Source: Gemmatimonadaceae bacterium
GTDB taxonomy: Bacteria > Gemmatimonadota > Gemmatimonadetes > Gemmatimonadales > Gemmatimonadaceae
Direction of reading: 5' to 3'
DNA: 64,000 bases
Assembly: GCA_051859245.1 (NCBI GenBank)
Contig: JBHYGA010000001.1
Location: 1,056,001 to 1,120,000 of the forward strand
Part shown: piece by piece, positions 19,992-29,200 of the stretch
Numbering within the stretch: the stretch's first letter is position 1
Layout: each line of letters begins with the position of its first letter
Made by a program: the position numbers and the translations under genes
Notes under the pieces: generated by a model
Seen by the model: the letters and a program-made list of their open reading frames with translations, nothing else
What the model was told of the DNA's origin: nothing
Database searches by the model: none

Positions 19992-20252
19992 ATGTTCGAC
20001 TTCACGGAACAGGTGGCGCTTGCCGAAACTCCGCAGCCCCTGGGCTGGACACGCGTAGCACTCACCACGGTCGGTACGCTGCTCGTGTTGATCGCGTGTT
20101 TCTTCTATGTGCCACATTGGTTGCTGACGCAGCTTGATGCCGTGGCCCGAGGTGTTCGCGTGTGGTTGGCGACTGCATGGATGGCGATGGCGTTTGCACT
20201 CTCCTGTGTCGCCGCGCTGCGAACGACACGAAACCCAGCCCGCGGCAGATGA
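19992..20252 (+). CDS. Small two-TM membrane protein, first gene of the flavoprotein-Rieske/cyt b operon
   Basis: GGAGG upstream of ATG 19992; two hydrophobic segments. Confidence 0.6.
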   Translation: MFDFTEQVALAETPQPLGWTRVALTTVGTLLVLIACFFYVPHWLLTQLDAVARGVRVWLATAWMAMAFALSCVAALRTTRNPARGR

Positions 20253-20270
20253 TGTCCTTGTTCAGCAGCG

Positions 20271-22181
20271 ATGCGTGCTGACATGCGTACTGATCAGCGT
20301 GACGATGCGCATATGATCCGCCCGACCTCCGACTTTGGCGCAACAATGCAGGGCACGCCCGCACCGTGTCGCGCGGCGTGCCCGGTTGGAACAGACGCGG
20401 CGGCCTACGTTGCACTGCTCGCCGAAGGACGCATTACTGATGCGTATGATGTCGCGCGGCAGCACAATCCGTTTCCCTCCGTGTGTGGTCGGGTATGCTC
20501 CGCGCCTTGTGAACGCTCCTGTCGTCGAAGTGTGATCGACTCGGCAGTGTCGATCCGTGCGCTGAAACGCGTGTTGTGCGATGTATACGGAGCGGAGCGC
20601 GGTGATACCTCTCGGTGGATGCAGGGCGTACGTTCCGTGCCGCCCATCAGCCGTGAGTCGGTGGGCATCATTGGTGCCGGTCCGGCAGGATTGGCCGCAG
20701 CGCATGATCTTCGCGTTGCCGGACACGCCGTGACTATCTACGAAGCGATGGAGTACGCTGGCGGCATGATGCGCTACGGCATTCCCGCGTTTCGACTTCC
20801 ACGCGAAATGATCGACGCGGAAATCGCGGCGATCATCTCGCTCGGAGTTGAACTGCGATTGAGTTGCCGTATCGGACGTGATGTCACCTTCAACGCGCTG
20901 TTGCAGCGGCACGCGGCCGTACTCGTTACGATCGGCTGTCAGCAAGGGCGACAACTTCGCGCGCCTGGCTCCGACCTGCCCGGCGTGGTGCGCTCCGTTG
21001 ACTTTCTACGCGCTGAAAATGCACGCGTCGAAGGAAAACCGGCGTCGGTGTCGCTCCTTGGTGACGGTGCGGTGGTGGTGATCGGTGGCGGCAGTGTGGC
21101 GTTCGACGCCGCGCGTAGCGCCTGGCGTGCCAGTGCGATGACCGCGTACGATGGCCAGACGGCTGTTGACGTCGCGCGCAGCGCACGACGTGCCGAGCAG
21201 TCGGGAGTGGTACGCGATGTCACGATGGTCGCGCCAGAGCAACGTGCCGCACTGCCAGTTCCCGTCGAAGAACTGCACGAGGCCACGGTTGAAGGCGTCA
21301 CACTGCGCGATGGATTTGGCGTCGTTCGCATCGTTGGCGAGTCGGCAGTTACGGGCGTGGAGATCGCGCCCGTGCAGCGACTGTTCGACGAGACTGGTCG
21401 ATTCGCGCCGGTACTTGACGAAGCGCGCAGTACCGTGCTGCCCGCACGCACGGTCGTGCTGGCAATCGGGCAGCAATCAGACAGCGGATTTTTGTCGGAC
21501 ACGCCAGACGTGCAGCTCACTGGCTGGGGCGGCCTGGTGGTGGACGCTGATCTGCGCTCCACGCACCCGCGCGTGTGGGCCGCTGGTGATGCGGCATCTG
21601 GTCCCCGTGATTTGATTGACGCCATCGCTGCAGGACAGCGCGCCGCTCTCTCCATCGTGCGCACGTTTGGCGTGGCGTCTGTGACTGCCCAAGAGGAGCC
21701 CACGGATCTGCGAGCGCGTCGCCGAGCGATCCATGTGCCGAGCGTATACACCGCACCAGCGCTCGCCACGAACACGCGGTTCTGGAGTCGATACGACGAC
21801 GTTACACGCGCACCGCTTCCTGTACTGCAACCCACGGCGCGCGACGCTTCCACAGAAGTTGAGACTGTGCTCGCACCGGACGACGCGCGTATCGAAGCAG
21901 CCCGCTGCCTTCGCTGCGATGAACACATGCAGTTCGCTGCTCGGCGCTGCATCGCCTGTGCGCTCTGTGTGGACGTCTGTCCACAATCATCGCTGGCGCT
22001 GCTCCCCGCTGGTGATCGCGGACTCGCACTGGTTTTTGACGACCAGACATGTATCCGGTGCGGACTCTGCGTACATCGCTGCCCTACGGATGCCTTGATG
22101 TTTACACTCGCACCGACAGATCGAATGCCCGTTCTTGCGGACCTCGCGTCAGAATTGTCACGGACGACGGCACATGGCTGA
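20271..22181 (+). CDS. GltD/NfnB/DsrL-like NAD(P)-dependent Fe-S flavoprotein with C-terminal 2x[4Fe-4S] ferredoxin
   Basis: PCRAACP..CGRVCSAPCERSC; IIGAGPAGL; VIGGGSVAFDAAR; EAARCLRC; CIACALCVDVCP and CIRCGLCVHRCP; start may be at 20313. Confidence 0.85.
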   Translation: MRADMRTDQRDDAHMIRPTSDFGATMQGTPAPCRAACPVGTDAAAYVALLAEGRITDAYDVARQHNPFPSVCGRVCSAPCERSCRRSVIDSAVSIRALKRVLCDVYGAERGDTSRWMQGVRSVPPISRESVGIIGAGPAGLAAAHDLRVAGHAVTIYEAMEYAGGMMRYGIPAFRLPREMIDAEIAAIISLGVELRLSCRIGRDVTFNALLQRHAAVLVTIGCQQGRQLRAPGSDLPGVVRSVDFLRAENARVEGKPASVSLLGDGAVVVIGGGSVAFDAARSAWRASAMTAYDGQTAVDVARSARRAEQSGVVRDVTMVAPEQRAALPVPVEELHEATVEGVTLRDGFGVVRIVGESAVTGVEIAPVQRLFDETGRFAPVLDEARSTVLPARTVVLAIGQQSDSGFLSDTPDVQLTGWGGLVVDADLRSTHPRVWAAGDAASGPRDLIDAIAAGQRAALSIVRTFGVASVTAQEEPTDLRARRRAIHVPSVYTAPALATNTRFWSRYDDVTRAPLPVLQPTARDASTEVETVLAPDDARIEAARCLRCDEHMQFAARRCIACALCVDVCPQSSLALLPAGDRGLALVFDDQTCIRCGLCVHRCPTDALMFTLAPTDRMPVLADLASELSRTTAHG

Positions 22182-23481
22182 ATCTGACCATCGGAATCGA
22201 CGCGCCGACGGTTGGCTGAAGCGCGCGCAGGAGACAACGATCTATCGATCGGTTGTCCGAACGCCGTCGCTGGATTCGCCGCGTGGCCGTGCGCAACGGG
22301 CGTTCGGGAATGTGTTCCTGCACGTCTATCCAGTGCGGGTGCCGAGAGCGCTGCTGAAGTTCCGATCCACGTGGCGTCTGGGATTCATCTCAACGGTGCT
22401 CTTCGCGATTTTGCTGATCACCGGTGTATACCTGATGTTCTTTTATACGCCGGCCGTCACAATGGCGTATGGAGACATGCAGGTGTTGCGCTCGCAAGTT
22501 GGTTTCGGGCAGCTCATCCGTAACGTGCATCGATGGGGTGCGCACCTCATGGTGCTCGCCGTCGTGTTTCATTTGGTGCGTGTGTTCATTGACGGTGGAT
22601 ACAAAGCGCCGAGGCAGTTCAACTGGGTCATCGGTGTTGGACTGTTGGTTGTCACCTTGGCGTATTCGTTTACCGGCTACTTGCTGCCGTGGGACCAGCT
22701 CGCGTATTGGGCGGTCACCGTTGGTTCAGACCTTGTGCAGTACGCGCCTGGTATTGGTCCGTGGATGCGCAACTTCCTGCTCGGCGGAAGCACCATTGGG
22801 CAGGCGGCATTGCTTCGCTTCTACGTGATTCACGTGGCCGTGCTCACGGCGGCATTCTTCGCGCTCATGGCGGTTCATCTGTGGCGCTTGCGAAAGGATG
22901 GGCTTGTTGTTGGCGATCCGCCGCACGCGCGCGATATCACCAAGCGTGTTACTGAAGGAAACGCGGATACGTCGCCGACCCAATGGCTGCCCGATGGCCG
23001 CCGAGTGTTGGGTGTCGTGGAGCTGGAAGGAACGCCCGCGCACGCGCGCGATCCCGAAGATGAAGTGTTCTCGTGGCCGCACCTGTTTGTGCGTCACCAG
23101 GTAATTGCGCTCGCGGTCTGTGCGCTGGTACTGGCACTTGGTGTCGCGTTTGAAGCGCCGCTGCGTGAACTGGCCAATCCCAACCTTACACCGGAGCCAG
23201 CCAAGGCCCCGTGGTATTTCGTGGGACTGCAAGAATTGCTGGCGCACTTTGATCCGCTGGTGGCGGGTGTGTTGGTGCCGGGCGTTTTGATTGCGGCGCT
23301 GGTGGCGTTGCCCTACATCGACCGCAATCCTTCACGTAGTCCACAGGATCGACGAGTTGCGCTCGCACTGTTTCTGTCGCTGTTCATCGCACTCGTGATT
23401 CTCACGATTATCGGCGCACTGTTTCGCGGACCCGGCTGGGCTTTTGTCTTGCCGTGGGAACACTTGTATTTCGAACCGTAA
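22174..23481 (+). CDS. Cytochrome b of a Rieske/cyt b complex (b6-like part fused to subunit-IV-like part)
   Basis: [43 protein letters not shown], Qo motif KAPWYF. Confidence 0.9.
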   Translation: MAESDHRNRRADGWLKRAQETTIYRSVVRTPSLDSPRGRAQRAFGNVFLHVYPVRVPRALLKFRSTWRLGFISTVLFAILLITGVYLMFFYTPAVTMAYGDMQVLRSQVGFGQLIRNVHRWGAHLMVLAVVFHLVRVFIDGGYKAPRQFNWVIGVGLLVVTLAYSFTGYLLPWDQLAYWAVTVGSDLVQYAPGIGPWMRNFLLGGSTIGQAALLRFYVIHVAVLTAAFFALMAVHLWRLRKDGLVVGDPPHARDITKRVTEGNADTSPTQWLPDGRRVLGVVELEGTPAHARDPEDEVFSWPHLFVRHQVIALAVCALVLALGVAFEAPLRELANPNLTPEPAKAPWYFVGLQELLAHFDPLVAGVLVPGVLIAALVALPYIDRNPSRSPQDRRVALALFLSLFIALVILTIIGALFRGPGWAFVLPWEHLYFEP

Positions 23482-23494
23482 TGCAGGAGCAGAC

Positions 23495-23986
23495 ATGAGT
23501 CCGACACGCCGGGAGATGCTGGAAGCCGGATGGAAGGTGGGCAGCGGGCTGCTCGTGGCCGCAGCCGGCTGGACAACGTTCGAAGCGCTGAAGCCGCTGG
23601 CCGATGTGTCAGGCGGTGGCGCCGTGACGTTGCTGGAGCCGGATGCCTACGCGGAAGGCTCGGTAACGTACGTGCGTGAGGGTCGTTTTTTTGTTACGCG
23701 CGCGAAGAACGAGTTGTTCGCCGTCTCGCAGAAGTGCCCGCATCTGGGGTGTGCCGTGCCGTTCTGTGAGGAATCCGGGCGGTTCCAGTGCCCCTGTCAT
23801 GGCTCAGTGTATAACGTGGCCGGTGAATGGATCAGCGGGCCTGCACCGCGAGGCATGGATCGGCATCCGCTGCTCATTGCTGATGGACGCGTCGTGGTGA
23901 ACACCGCCGTGCTCGAGCAAGGTCCACCTTTGGGTTCATTGAAGTACGATACGCCGTCGCGCGGCGGGAGCTGCGAGCCGACGTGA
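23495..23986 (+). CDS. Rieske [2Fe-2S] protein
   Basis: Tat-like [33 protein letters not shown] before ATG 23495. Confidence 0.92.
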   Translation: MSPTRREMLEAGWKVGSGLLVAAAGWTTFEALKPLADVSGGGAVTLLEPDAYAEGSVTYVREGRFFVTRAKNELFAVSQKCPHLGCAVPFCEESGRFQCPCHGSVYNVAGEWISGPAPRGMDRHPLLIADGRVVVNTAVLEQGPPLGSLKYDTPSRGGSCEPT

Positions 23987-24480
23987 CGCCTGCTCCACTC
24001 GATACTCCGGAAGAATCGCGCGCGCTCGATCGGTATTACATCGTTGGCCTGATATGTATGCTGATCCTGATCGTCGCGTTTCCGCTGTACAAATATGGCG
24101 AACCCGCGCGTCGTGAACGCACGCAGGACGCCATGCGGGAAGAGAACATTGCGATCGGTGGCGCGATGTTTGCGCAGCACTGCGCCGCGTGTCACGGCGA
24201 CAACGCTTCGGGAGGGCGCGGCTTTCCCACGCTCGGCTCCAAGGAGTTCCTGGCGTCGGTAAGTGACAAGCAGTTGCAGTGGCTGATCTCGGGCGGTGTG
24301 CCGGGCTCGGCCATGACAGCTTACGATATGGATCTTGGTGGGCCGTTCACTGCTCAGGAGATCCTGCGCATCGTGACGTATCTTCGTTCGCTCGAGAAGG
24401 ACGCGCCGTCCGTGCCGGGTTGGTACAAGGGAGCGCCGGCGACATCGACCGCCGTGTCCGCACGCGACGAACTGCGCTAG
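23983..24480 (+). CDS. Membrane-anchored monoheme cytochrome c
   Basis: TM helix, CAACH, distal Met in GSAMTAY; start overlaps the Rieske stop. Confidence 0.88.
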   Translation: MTPAPLDTPEESRALDRYYIVGLICMLILIVAFPLYKYGEPARRERTQDAMREENIAIGGAMFAQHCAACHGDNASGGRGFPTLGSKEFLASVSDKQLQWLISGGVPGSAMTAYDMDLGGPFTAQEILRIVTYLRSLEKDAPSVPGWYKGAPATSTAVSARDELR

Positions 24481-24496
24481 TGCGGTTTCTGAGTGG

Positions 24497-25108
24497 CTAG
24501 GAGAGGCGAACTGCGTAGCGGCAGCAGCAGCCACCACTCGCGGCGCTGTCTACCTGCGTGACGCGTGTGCCGGGGCGAACGAGCGTATCGAGCAACCGCT
24601 CGAACGTGCCGGTATAGAAGTCGCACACCGGTGCGCTCAGCGTGAGGCCTCGACAGAGCGGACAGTCACGAATGGCAAAGGTTGGTGTTGACGCCGCTCG
24701 GAAAACGAACGCGCCACTGCCAGCAAACGTCCATGCATGCTGCGCCATGGCGCGCGCGAGCAGTCGCAGTGCGGCGCGCGCGGGCAGTGCGCGGAGCAGC
24801 CATTGCACCGGCCGAGGAATCCGATGATCCAGCAGATACAGTGCGGTGCGATCGCCCGATTCACGCAATAACTCGCGAGTGCGCGTTGCGCCAAGCTGCT
24901 CAAGGCAGAGCACCAGCAGATCGTGCACCTCGCCTTCATCCACCATGTGTGAAGGCAACTCATCCAGCGTTCGCCCCGTCGCGCGATGCAACAGGTCTGC
25001 AGCGAGCGGTGTGCCATATCGCTCCTGCAGCACGGCGACGGTCTGAATGATGGCATTGGGGCCAATACGACCGTGCGTGGTTACGCGTTCATGGGTGGTG
25101 GCGGTCAT
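24497..25108 (-). CDS. bchJ: BchJ (V4R-domain bacteriochlorophyll biosynthesis protein)
   Basis: GRIGPNAIIQ, YLLDHRIP, HAWTFAGSG, CPLC..VCDFY..FERL..CCCRY. Confidence 0.88.
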   Translation of the reverse strand: MTATTHERVTTHGRIGPNAIIQTVAVLQERYGTPLAADLLHRATGRTLDELPSHMVDEGEVHDLLVLCLEQLGATRTRELLRESGDRTALYLLDHRIPRPVQWLLRALPARAALRLLARAMAQHAWTFAGSGAFVFRAASTPTFAIRDCPLCRGLTLSAPVCDFYTGTFERLLDTLVRPGTRVTQVDSAASGGCCCRYAVRLS

Positions 25109-26472
25109 TACACAATGCGTGAGAGGCGTTGCGGCTCAAACGCAGAGAACGAATCTCTTTCGGGATGCAGCGCGCTCACGAGCGACGAAAGGAAATAGCG
25201 ACCGGTGGGTGTGACCGTGATCATGCGCTCACCAATCATCACGAGGCCGTCTGCCTCGAACTGCTGGAACGACTGCATGATGCGTCCCCCGTTGTCTGGG
25301 AGTGCGTCTCGGCGCAGCGCCAGTGTGGTGGTCAGCGCCCGAATCGCGCTGCGTCTTGTCCGATCATCGTCCGTGAGTCGATGTCCGCGCGCAAAGGGAA
25401 GCCGTCCGTTGTCCACGGCACGCTGCCAGTCCGTCAGTGCACACTCGTTCTGGACCAGCACACCTCCAACCTCGCTGATCGCGCTCACGCCGCCGCCTAC
25501 GAACGAGCGCGAACGGCTCGCTGTGTATCCCATGTGGTCACGATGGAGCTGTCCAGTTGCAGCCGCCATGAACAGCGCGTCCTCAGGCTTTGCAAAAAGT
25601 TCGGGCCCTATCCACAGGTACCCGGCTTCTGTGAGCCGCCGTACCGCGAGTTGATACAGCGCAAAGCGCGCGGTGCAATCCGGGAGTGTGGCTTCATCAA
25701 TCCGACGTTGATGCGGAAGCAACCATGGGGTGTGTACATACCCGCGACACGTGACGCGATCCGGCGCAAGCTCGATGACGGCGTCGATCGTATCGCCCAG
25801 GCTCGCGGTGGTTTGGTGTGGCAAGCCAAAGAGCACATCCAGGCTCAGCGACTGGAATCCCTGCTCACGCGCGCGCTCAACGACGTCGGTGATCAGGGCG
25901 ATCGATTGCACACGTCCGATGGCGTGCTGCACGAGGGGATCAAGATCCTGCACGCCGAAGCGGAGCTGGTTGAATCCCAGGCCGCGCAGCCAGCGCAACT
26001 GCGTGGTGGTCACCAACCGCGGATCCGCCTCGACGGAGCATTCGACGTTCGACGACAGCGCGAACCGTTCGGCCACAAGATCAAACACCCGTACCAACTG
26101 ACCATCGGCGAGAAAGTTTGGTGTGCCGCCGCCCCAGTGCATCTCGCGTACCACCGGTTCGCCGCCCATCACGGAATGCAGCAGCTCGAGCTCTGTTTCG
26201 AGGCGCGTGATGTATTCGGTCACTTCATCACGGTGTGTGTTCACCGTAGCGTGAGAGTCGCAGTACAGACAGCGCAGCGCGCAAAACGGAAGGTGCAGCT
26301 GCACGGACAGATCGCCGCTGACGGTACTCAGGGCGTCGCAATACTCGCGATAGGTGACATCGCCGTTCCAGTCATTGACAGTGGGATACGTGCCAATGCC
26401 TGCGCTGCTTCCACCGTATTTGGCCAGCAACGACGACGTGATCGGGCGCGAAGACATTGAGGTCTGGGCCAT
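25108..26472 (-). CDS. Second, diverged HemN-family radical SAM protein
   Basis: HLPFCALRCLYC, HWGGGTPN, FGVQD retained; RYTSYPT and RNFxGY altered; TAATG overlap with bchJ; alternative GTG start at 26478. Confidence 0.8.
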   Translation of the reverse strand: MAQTSMSSRPITSSLLAKYGGSSAGIGTYPTVNDWNGDVTYREYCDALSTVSGDLSVQLHLPFCALRCLYCDSHATVNTHRDEVTEYITRLETELELLHSVMGGEPVVREMHWGGGTPNFLADGQLVRVFDLVAERFALSSNVECSVEADPRLVTTTQLRWLRGLGFNQLRFGVQDLDPLVQHAIGRVQSIALITDVVERAREQGFQSLSLDVLFGLPHQTTASLGDTIDAVIELAPDRVTCRGYVHTPWLLPHQRRIDEATLPDCTARFALYQLAVRRLTEAGYLWIGPELFAKPEDALFMAAATGQLHRDHMGYTASRSRSFVGGGVSAISEVGGVLVQNECALTDWQRAVDNGRLPFARGHRLTDDDRTRRSAIRALTTTLALRRDALPDNGGRIMQSFQQFEADGLVMIGERMITVTPTGRYFLSSLVSALHPERDSFSAFEPQRLSRIV

Positions 26473-26745
26473 GCCCACCGAGACTGCTGCGTGGCGCCGT
26501 GCTCTCGGTATGCCACCGTTGTGACCATGGCAGACCGTCCCGTGGCGCCTGAGGGATCGGTCTGCGTCGACCGTACCTCAAGTGTACGGTCGGTCGAGCA
26601 GGTGAGGATCCGGCAGACGGCGTACAGCGGCGTCGGGGGAAGCCCGACCGTCCTTCGATGCGGTGCTCGGAACGGGCGCCGCACCGAGAGCGTTGCGTGC
26701 GCGTACGTGACGGTCTACGTGGCATGATTCCTCAAGGAGCCCTGA

Positions 26746-27153
26746 ATGCTGTTTCCGAATGAGTCGTACTTCAACGTCTACGACGGGGTGCTGGGCGCAC
26801 TGGCGTTTGATGACGAAAAGCCAATGGCGATCTGGAGCCACTACCATGCGGACGCGCTCGCCGCTCGCATGACGGAGTATCGGAATCGATTGCGCGTGGC
26901 TGAGTGGCGTGTGGCTGACAATACCGCGCGATTGGATACCAACGCCAATGCCTCAGAGGGCGTGCGAACGCGACTGCAGGAGTGCGTCGCCATCGCGACC
27001 GCCGAGCGCGATGCGATCCGCGCGCGGCTCTCCGTTCTGGTGGGGCGCGCGCGCGTAATGGAAGCCGCGCGTGTGGCGGACTGGTATGCGATCAAGGTCA
27101 GTCCGTTCGAGTTCGCGGATGAAGAAGCAGCGGTGGCGGAGACCCCGCGCTAG
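26746..27153 (+). CDS. Hypothetical protein (helical, coiled-coil-like)
   Basis: AAGGAG upstream of ATG 26746; 135 aa; followed by a GC hairpin. Confidence 0.6.
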   Translation: MLFPNESYFNVYDGVLGALAFDDEKPMAIWSHYHADALAARMTEYRNRLRVAEWRVADNTARLDTNANASEGVRTRLQECVAIATAERDAIRARLSVLVGRARVMEAARVADWYAIKVSPFEFADEEAAVAETPR

Positions 27154-27216
27154 TCCGGTCTTGCCTTCGCGGTTCGTCACGCCGAAAAGGCGACTCGAAC
27201 CGCAAATCCGAAATGT

Positions 27217-27247
27217 TGTGACGCGGGTTGACGTGGGGCGGGTATTC
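27217..27247 (+). promoter_or_regulatory. Putative ECF promoter copy 1 (TGTGAC-N19-GTATTC)
   Basis: Same motif and spacing recurs at 28620 and 30551. Confidence 0.6.
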
Positions 27248-27255
27248 GCGGGTGT

Positions 27256-28596
27256 ATGCCATCATCCGCTCTCGCTCCGCGTCACCTGCGTCGTTGGCCG
27301 TTGTCAGCCGCAGCGTCGCTAGTCTTTGCTGGTTCGGCTTCCGCCGGCCTGTCAGCGCAGTCGCCGTCGGGCCTGGAGTTCGCCTCGGCGATCGCCTCGC
27401 ACTCGCAGCCGTCGTGCGGCGTCGCCGCGCTCACGTCGGTCGGCGCGCACTGGCCGCAAGCGTCGGTACGCCTCTTGTCGGGACCCATCACCGGTTCCGA
27501 CCCGGCGCTTCAGTGGCGACCTCGAATCGCGCTCGACCTCGCGTCGGCAGACCACCGCAACTGGCGTGTGCGCGGCAGCGGCGTTATCGGCCCCATCGAT
27601 CAGCGCTGCGATACGCAGCGTGAGCAAACGCGCGGTTGGCTGGAGATCTCCCGCAGGCTTGGGCGGAGTACCTTCGCATTGTCCGCAGGAACGGGCGCGC
27701 GCGAAACGTTCGATCCGTCTCGTGAGCGCCAAGGCATCACCCTGAGTTTTGCGCGGGCGTATCAGGCACGCGCGTTTGGCATTGATGTGCGCGCGTTCGA
27801 GACGGAGCGCACCGTGCTCGGCTACTTTAGTCGCGCGCTGATGCAGCCCGATAGCGTACGGGTCGACTCGGCGGGTGGTTGGGTCCCAACCACTCGTACA
27901 ATCGTGGTTCGTGATTCCAGCATGCGGCGGAATCAGGCCGGCATGCTCGGGTTGAACGCACATTGGATCGAGCAACACGGCCGATTCGTGTTTACGTTCC
28001 GGGTCGGTGGGGCAGGCGAGGTACGCTCACAAAGAGTGCAGGCGGCGAACGGCGACTCGCTGCCTGCCGGGACATCGCCGCGTGCCTTTCAGATACAAAT
28101 GTGGGCGGCGGCTGGAGTAGACGCCCGCGTGTCGGAGCGACTGACGGCTGCGCTGACCTTCGCCGCGCTGCCAAGAGATCTCTCAGGTGGCCTGCGCGCC
28201 TCGCGTGCCGCAACACTTGGTATGACGGTGTCAACCGGTGGTCTGCGTCGCAAGCGCGCCGAATCGGAGGCAGAAGGTGGACACGTCTTCGAAATGACGC
28301 GTCTTGCGGTGTCCTCGGAGGCGGCGTCCGTCTTCGCGCGCGACAGTGGCTACGTACGCATCCGGGTGCGCAATCCGCGGGCCGCAAGCATTGAGGTGTC
28401 TGGTGATGCGTTCGGCTGGCAGCCGATCGCACTCATGCGAACGCGCAACGGCTGGTGGGAACGAGACGTGCCGCTCGGTGCGGGCACGTATCGAATCAGC
28501 ATGCGTGTTGACGGCGGACGCTGGACCGCACCGCCGGGGTTCCCCGCATTGAACGACGAGTTCGGCAGCGAAGCCTCGCTGGTCTCGGTGCCCTGA
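27256..28596 (+). CDS. Exported beta-rich (possibly outer-membrane) protein with C-terminal CBM48/AMPK-CBM-like domain
   Basis: Signal peptide ending GLSA-Q; C-terminal IEVSGDAFGWQP..GWW..LGAGTY..VDGGRW..DEFG. Confidence 0.7.
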   Translation: MPSSALAPRHLRRWPLSAAASLVFAGSASAGLSAQSPSGLEFASAIASHSQPSCGVAALTSVGAHWPQASVRLLSGPITGSDPALQWRPRIALDLASADHRNWRVRGSGVIGPIDQRCDTQREQTRGWLEISRRLGRSTFALSAGTGARETFDPSRERQGITLSFARAYQARAFGIDVRAFETERTVLGYFSRALMQPDSVRVDSAGGWVPTTRTIVVRDSSMRRNQAGMLGLNAHWIEQHGRFVFTFRVGGAGEVRSQRVQAANGDSLPAGTSPRAFQIQMWAAAGVDARVSERLTAALTFAALPRDLSGGLRASRAATLGMTVSTGGLRRKRAESEAEGGHVFEMTRLAVSSEAASVFARDSGYVRIRVRNPRAASIEVSGDAFGWQPIALMRTRNGWWERDVPLGAGTYRISMRVDGGRWTAPPGFPALNDEFGSEASLVSVP

Positions 28597-28619
28597 CACG
28601 CGCGTACGCTGCAGAAAGT

Positions 28620-28650
28620 TGTGACGCGACGAACATGGCCGAAGGTACCA
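28620..28650 (+). promoter_or_regulatory. Putative ECF promoter copy 2 (TGTGAC-N19-GTACCA), before the sigma gene
   Basis: Ends 10 nt before ATG 28661. Confidence 0.65.
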
Positions 28651-28660
28651 CTCGTCAACA

Positions 28661-29200
28661 ATGACTGACGAACAACTGGCACAGCGTATTCTCGCAGGTG
28701 AAACAACGGCGTTCGATCAACTGATCGACCGCCACGCCGCCTCGTGCATGCGTTTCGCCACGCGAATGCTGAACAGCCATGAGGATGCGCAAGAGGTCAC
28801 GCAAGACGCATGGTTGCGCGCCTACCGAGCCCTCGACCGCTTTGACACATCGATGCCATTCCGGACCTGGCTCTTCGCGATTCTCGTGAATCGGTGTCGT
28901 ACACATCTCGCAACGCGTCAACGCCGTGAGCGTGTGTTTGTGGAGGAGCCAGCATTGATGCATGAAACGTGGGGAGGCAGCGAGCATGAAAGCTGGCCGC
29001 TTCGCGTCGAGCTGCAGCGAGCGCTGGAACAATTGTCGCCCGAGCTGCGCGAGGCGTTCTTGCTGAAACACGTGGAACAGTTGGAGTACACGGATATGGC
29101 GAGCTTGCTGAACGCAAGCGTGTCGGCCCTCAAGATGCGAGTCCAACGGGCCTGTCTTCACCTTCGCGCTTTACTGCAGGAGTACAGCGATGCACGCTGA
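28661..29200 (+). CDS. ECF RNA polymerase sigma factor
   Basis: Region 2 DAQEVTQDAWLRAY..FRTWLFAILVNRC; region 4 LSPELREAFLLKHVEQLEYTDMASLL..ALKMRVQRA. Confidence 0.92.
   Translation: MTDEQLAQRILAGETTAFDQLIDRHAASCMRFATRMLNSHEDAQEVTQDAWLRAYRALDRFDTSMPFRTWLFAILVNRCRTHLATRQRRERVFVEEPALMHETWGGSEHESWPLRVELQRALEQLSPELREAFLLKHVEQLEYTDMASLLNASVSALKMRVQRACLHLRALLQEYSDAR

Noticed and set aside
10218..22181. FMN glutamate synthase-like gene and GltD-like gene as a gltBD pair
   Set aside because: They are over 8 kb apart on opposite strands; the first lacks the amidotransferase domain and the second is coupled to cytochrome b
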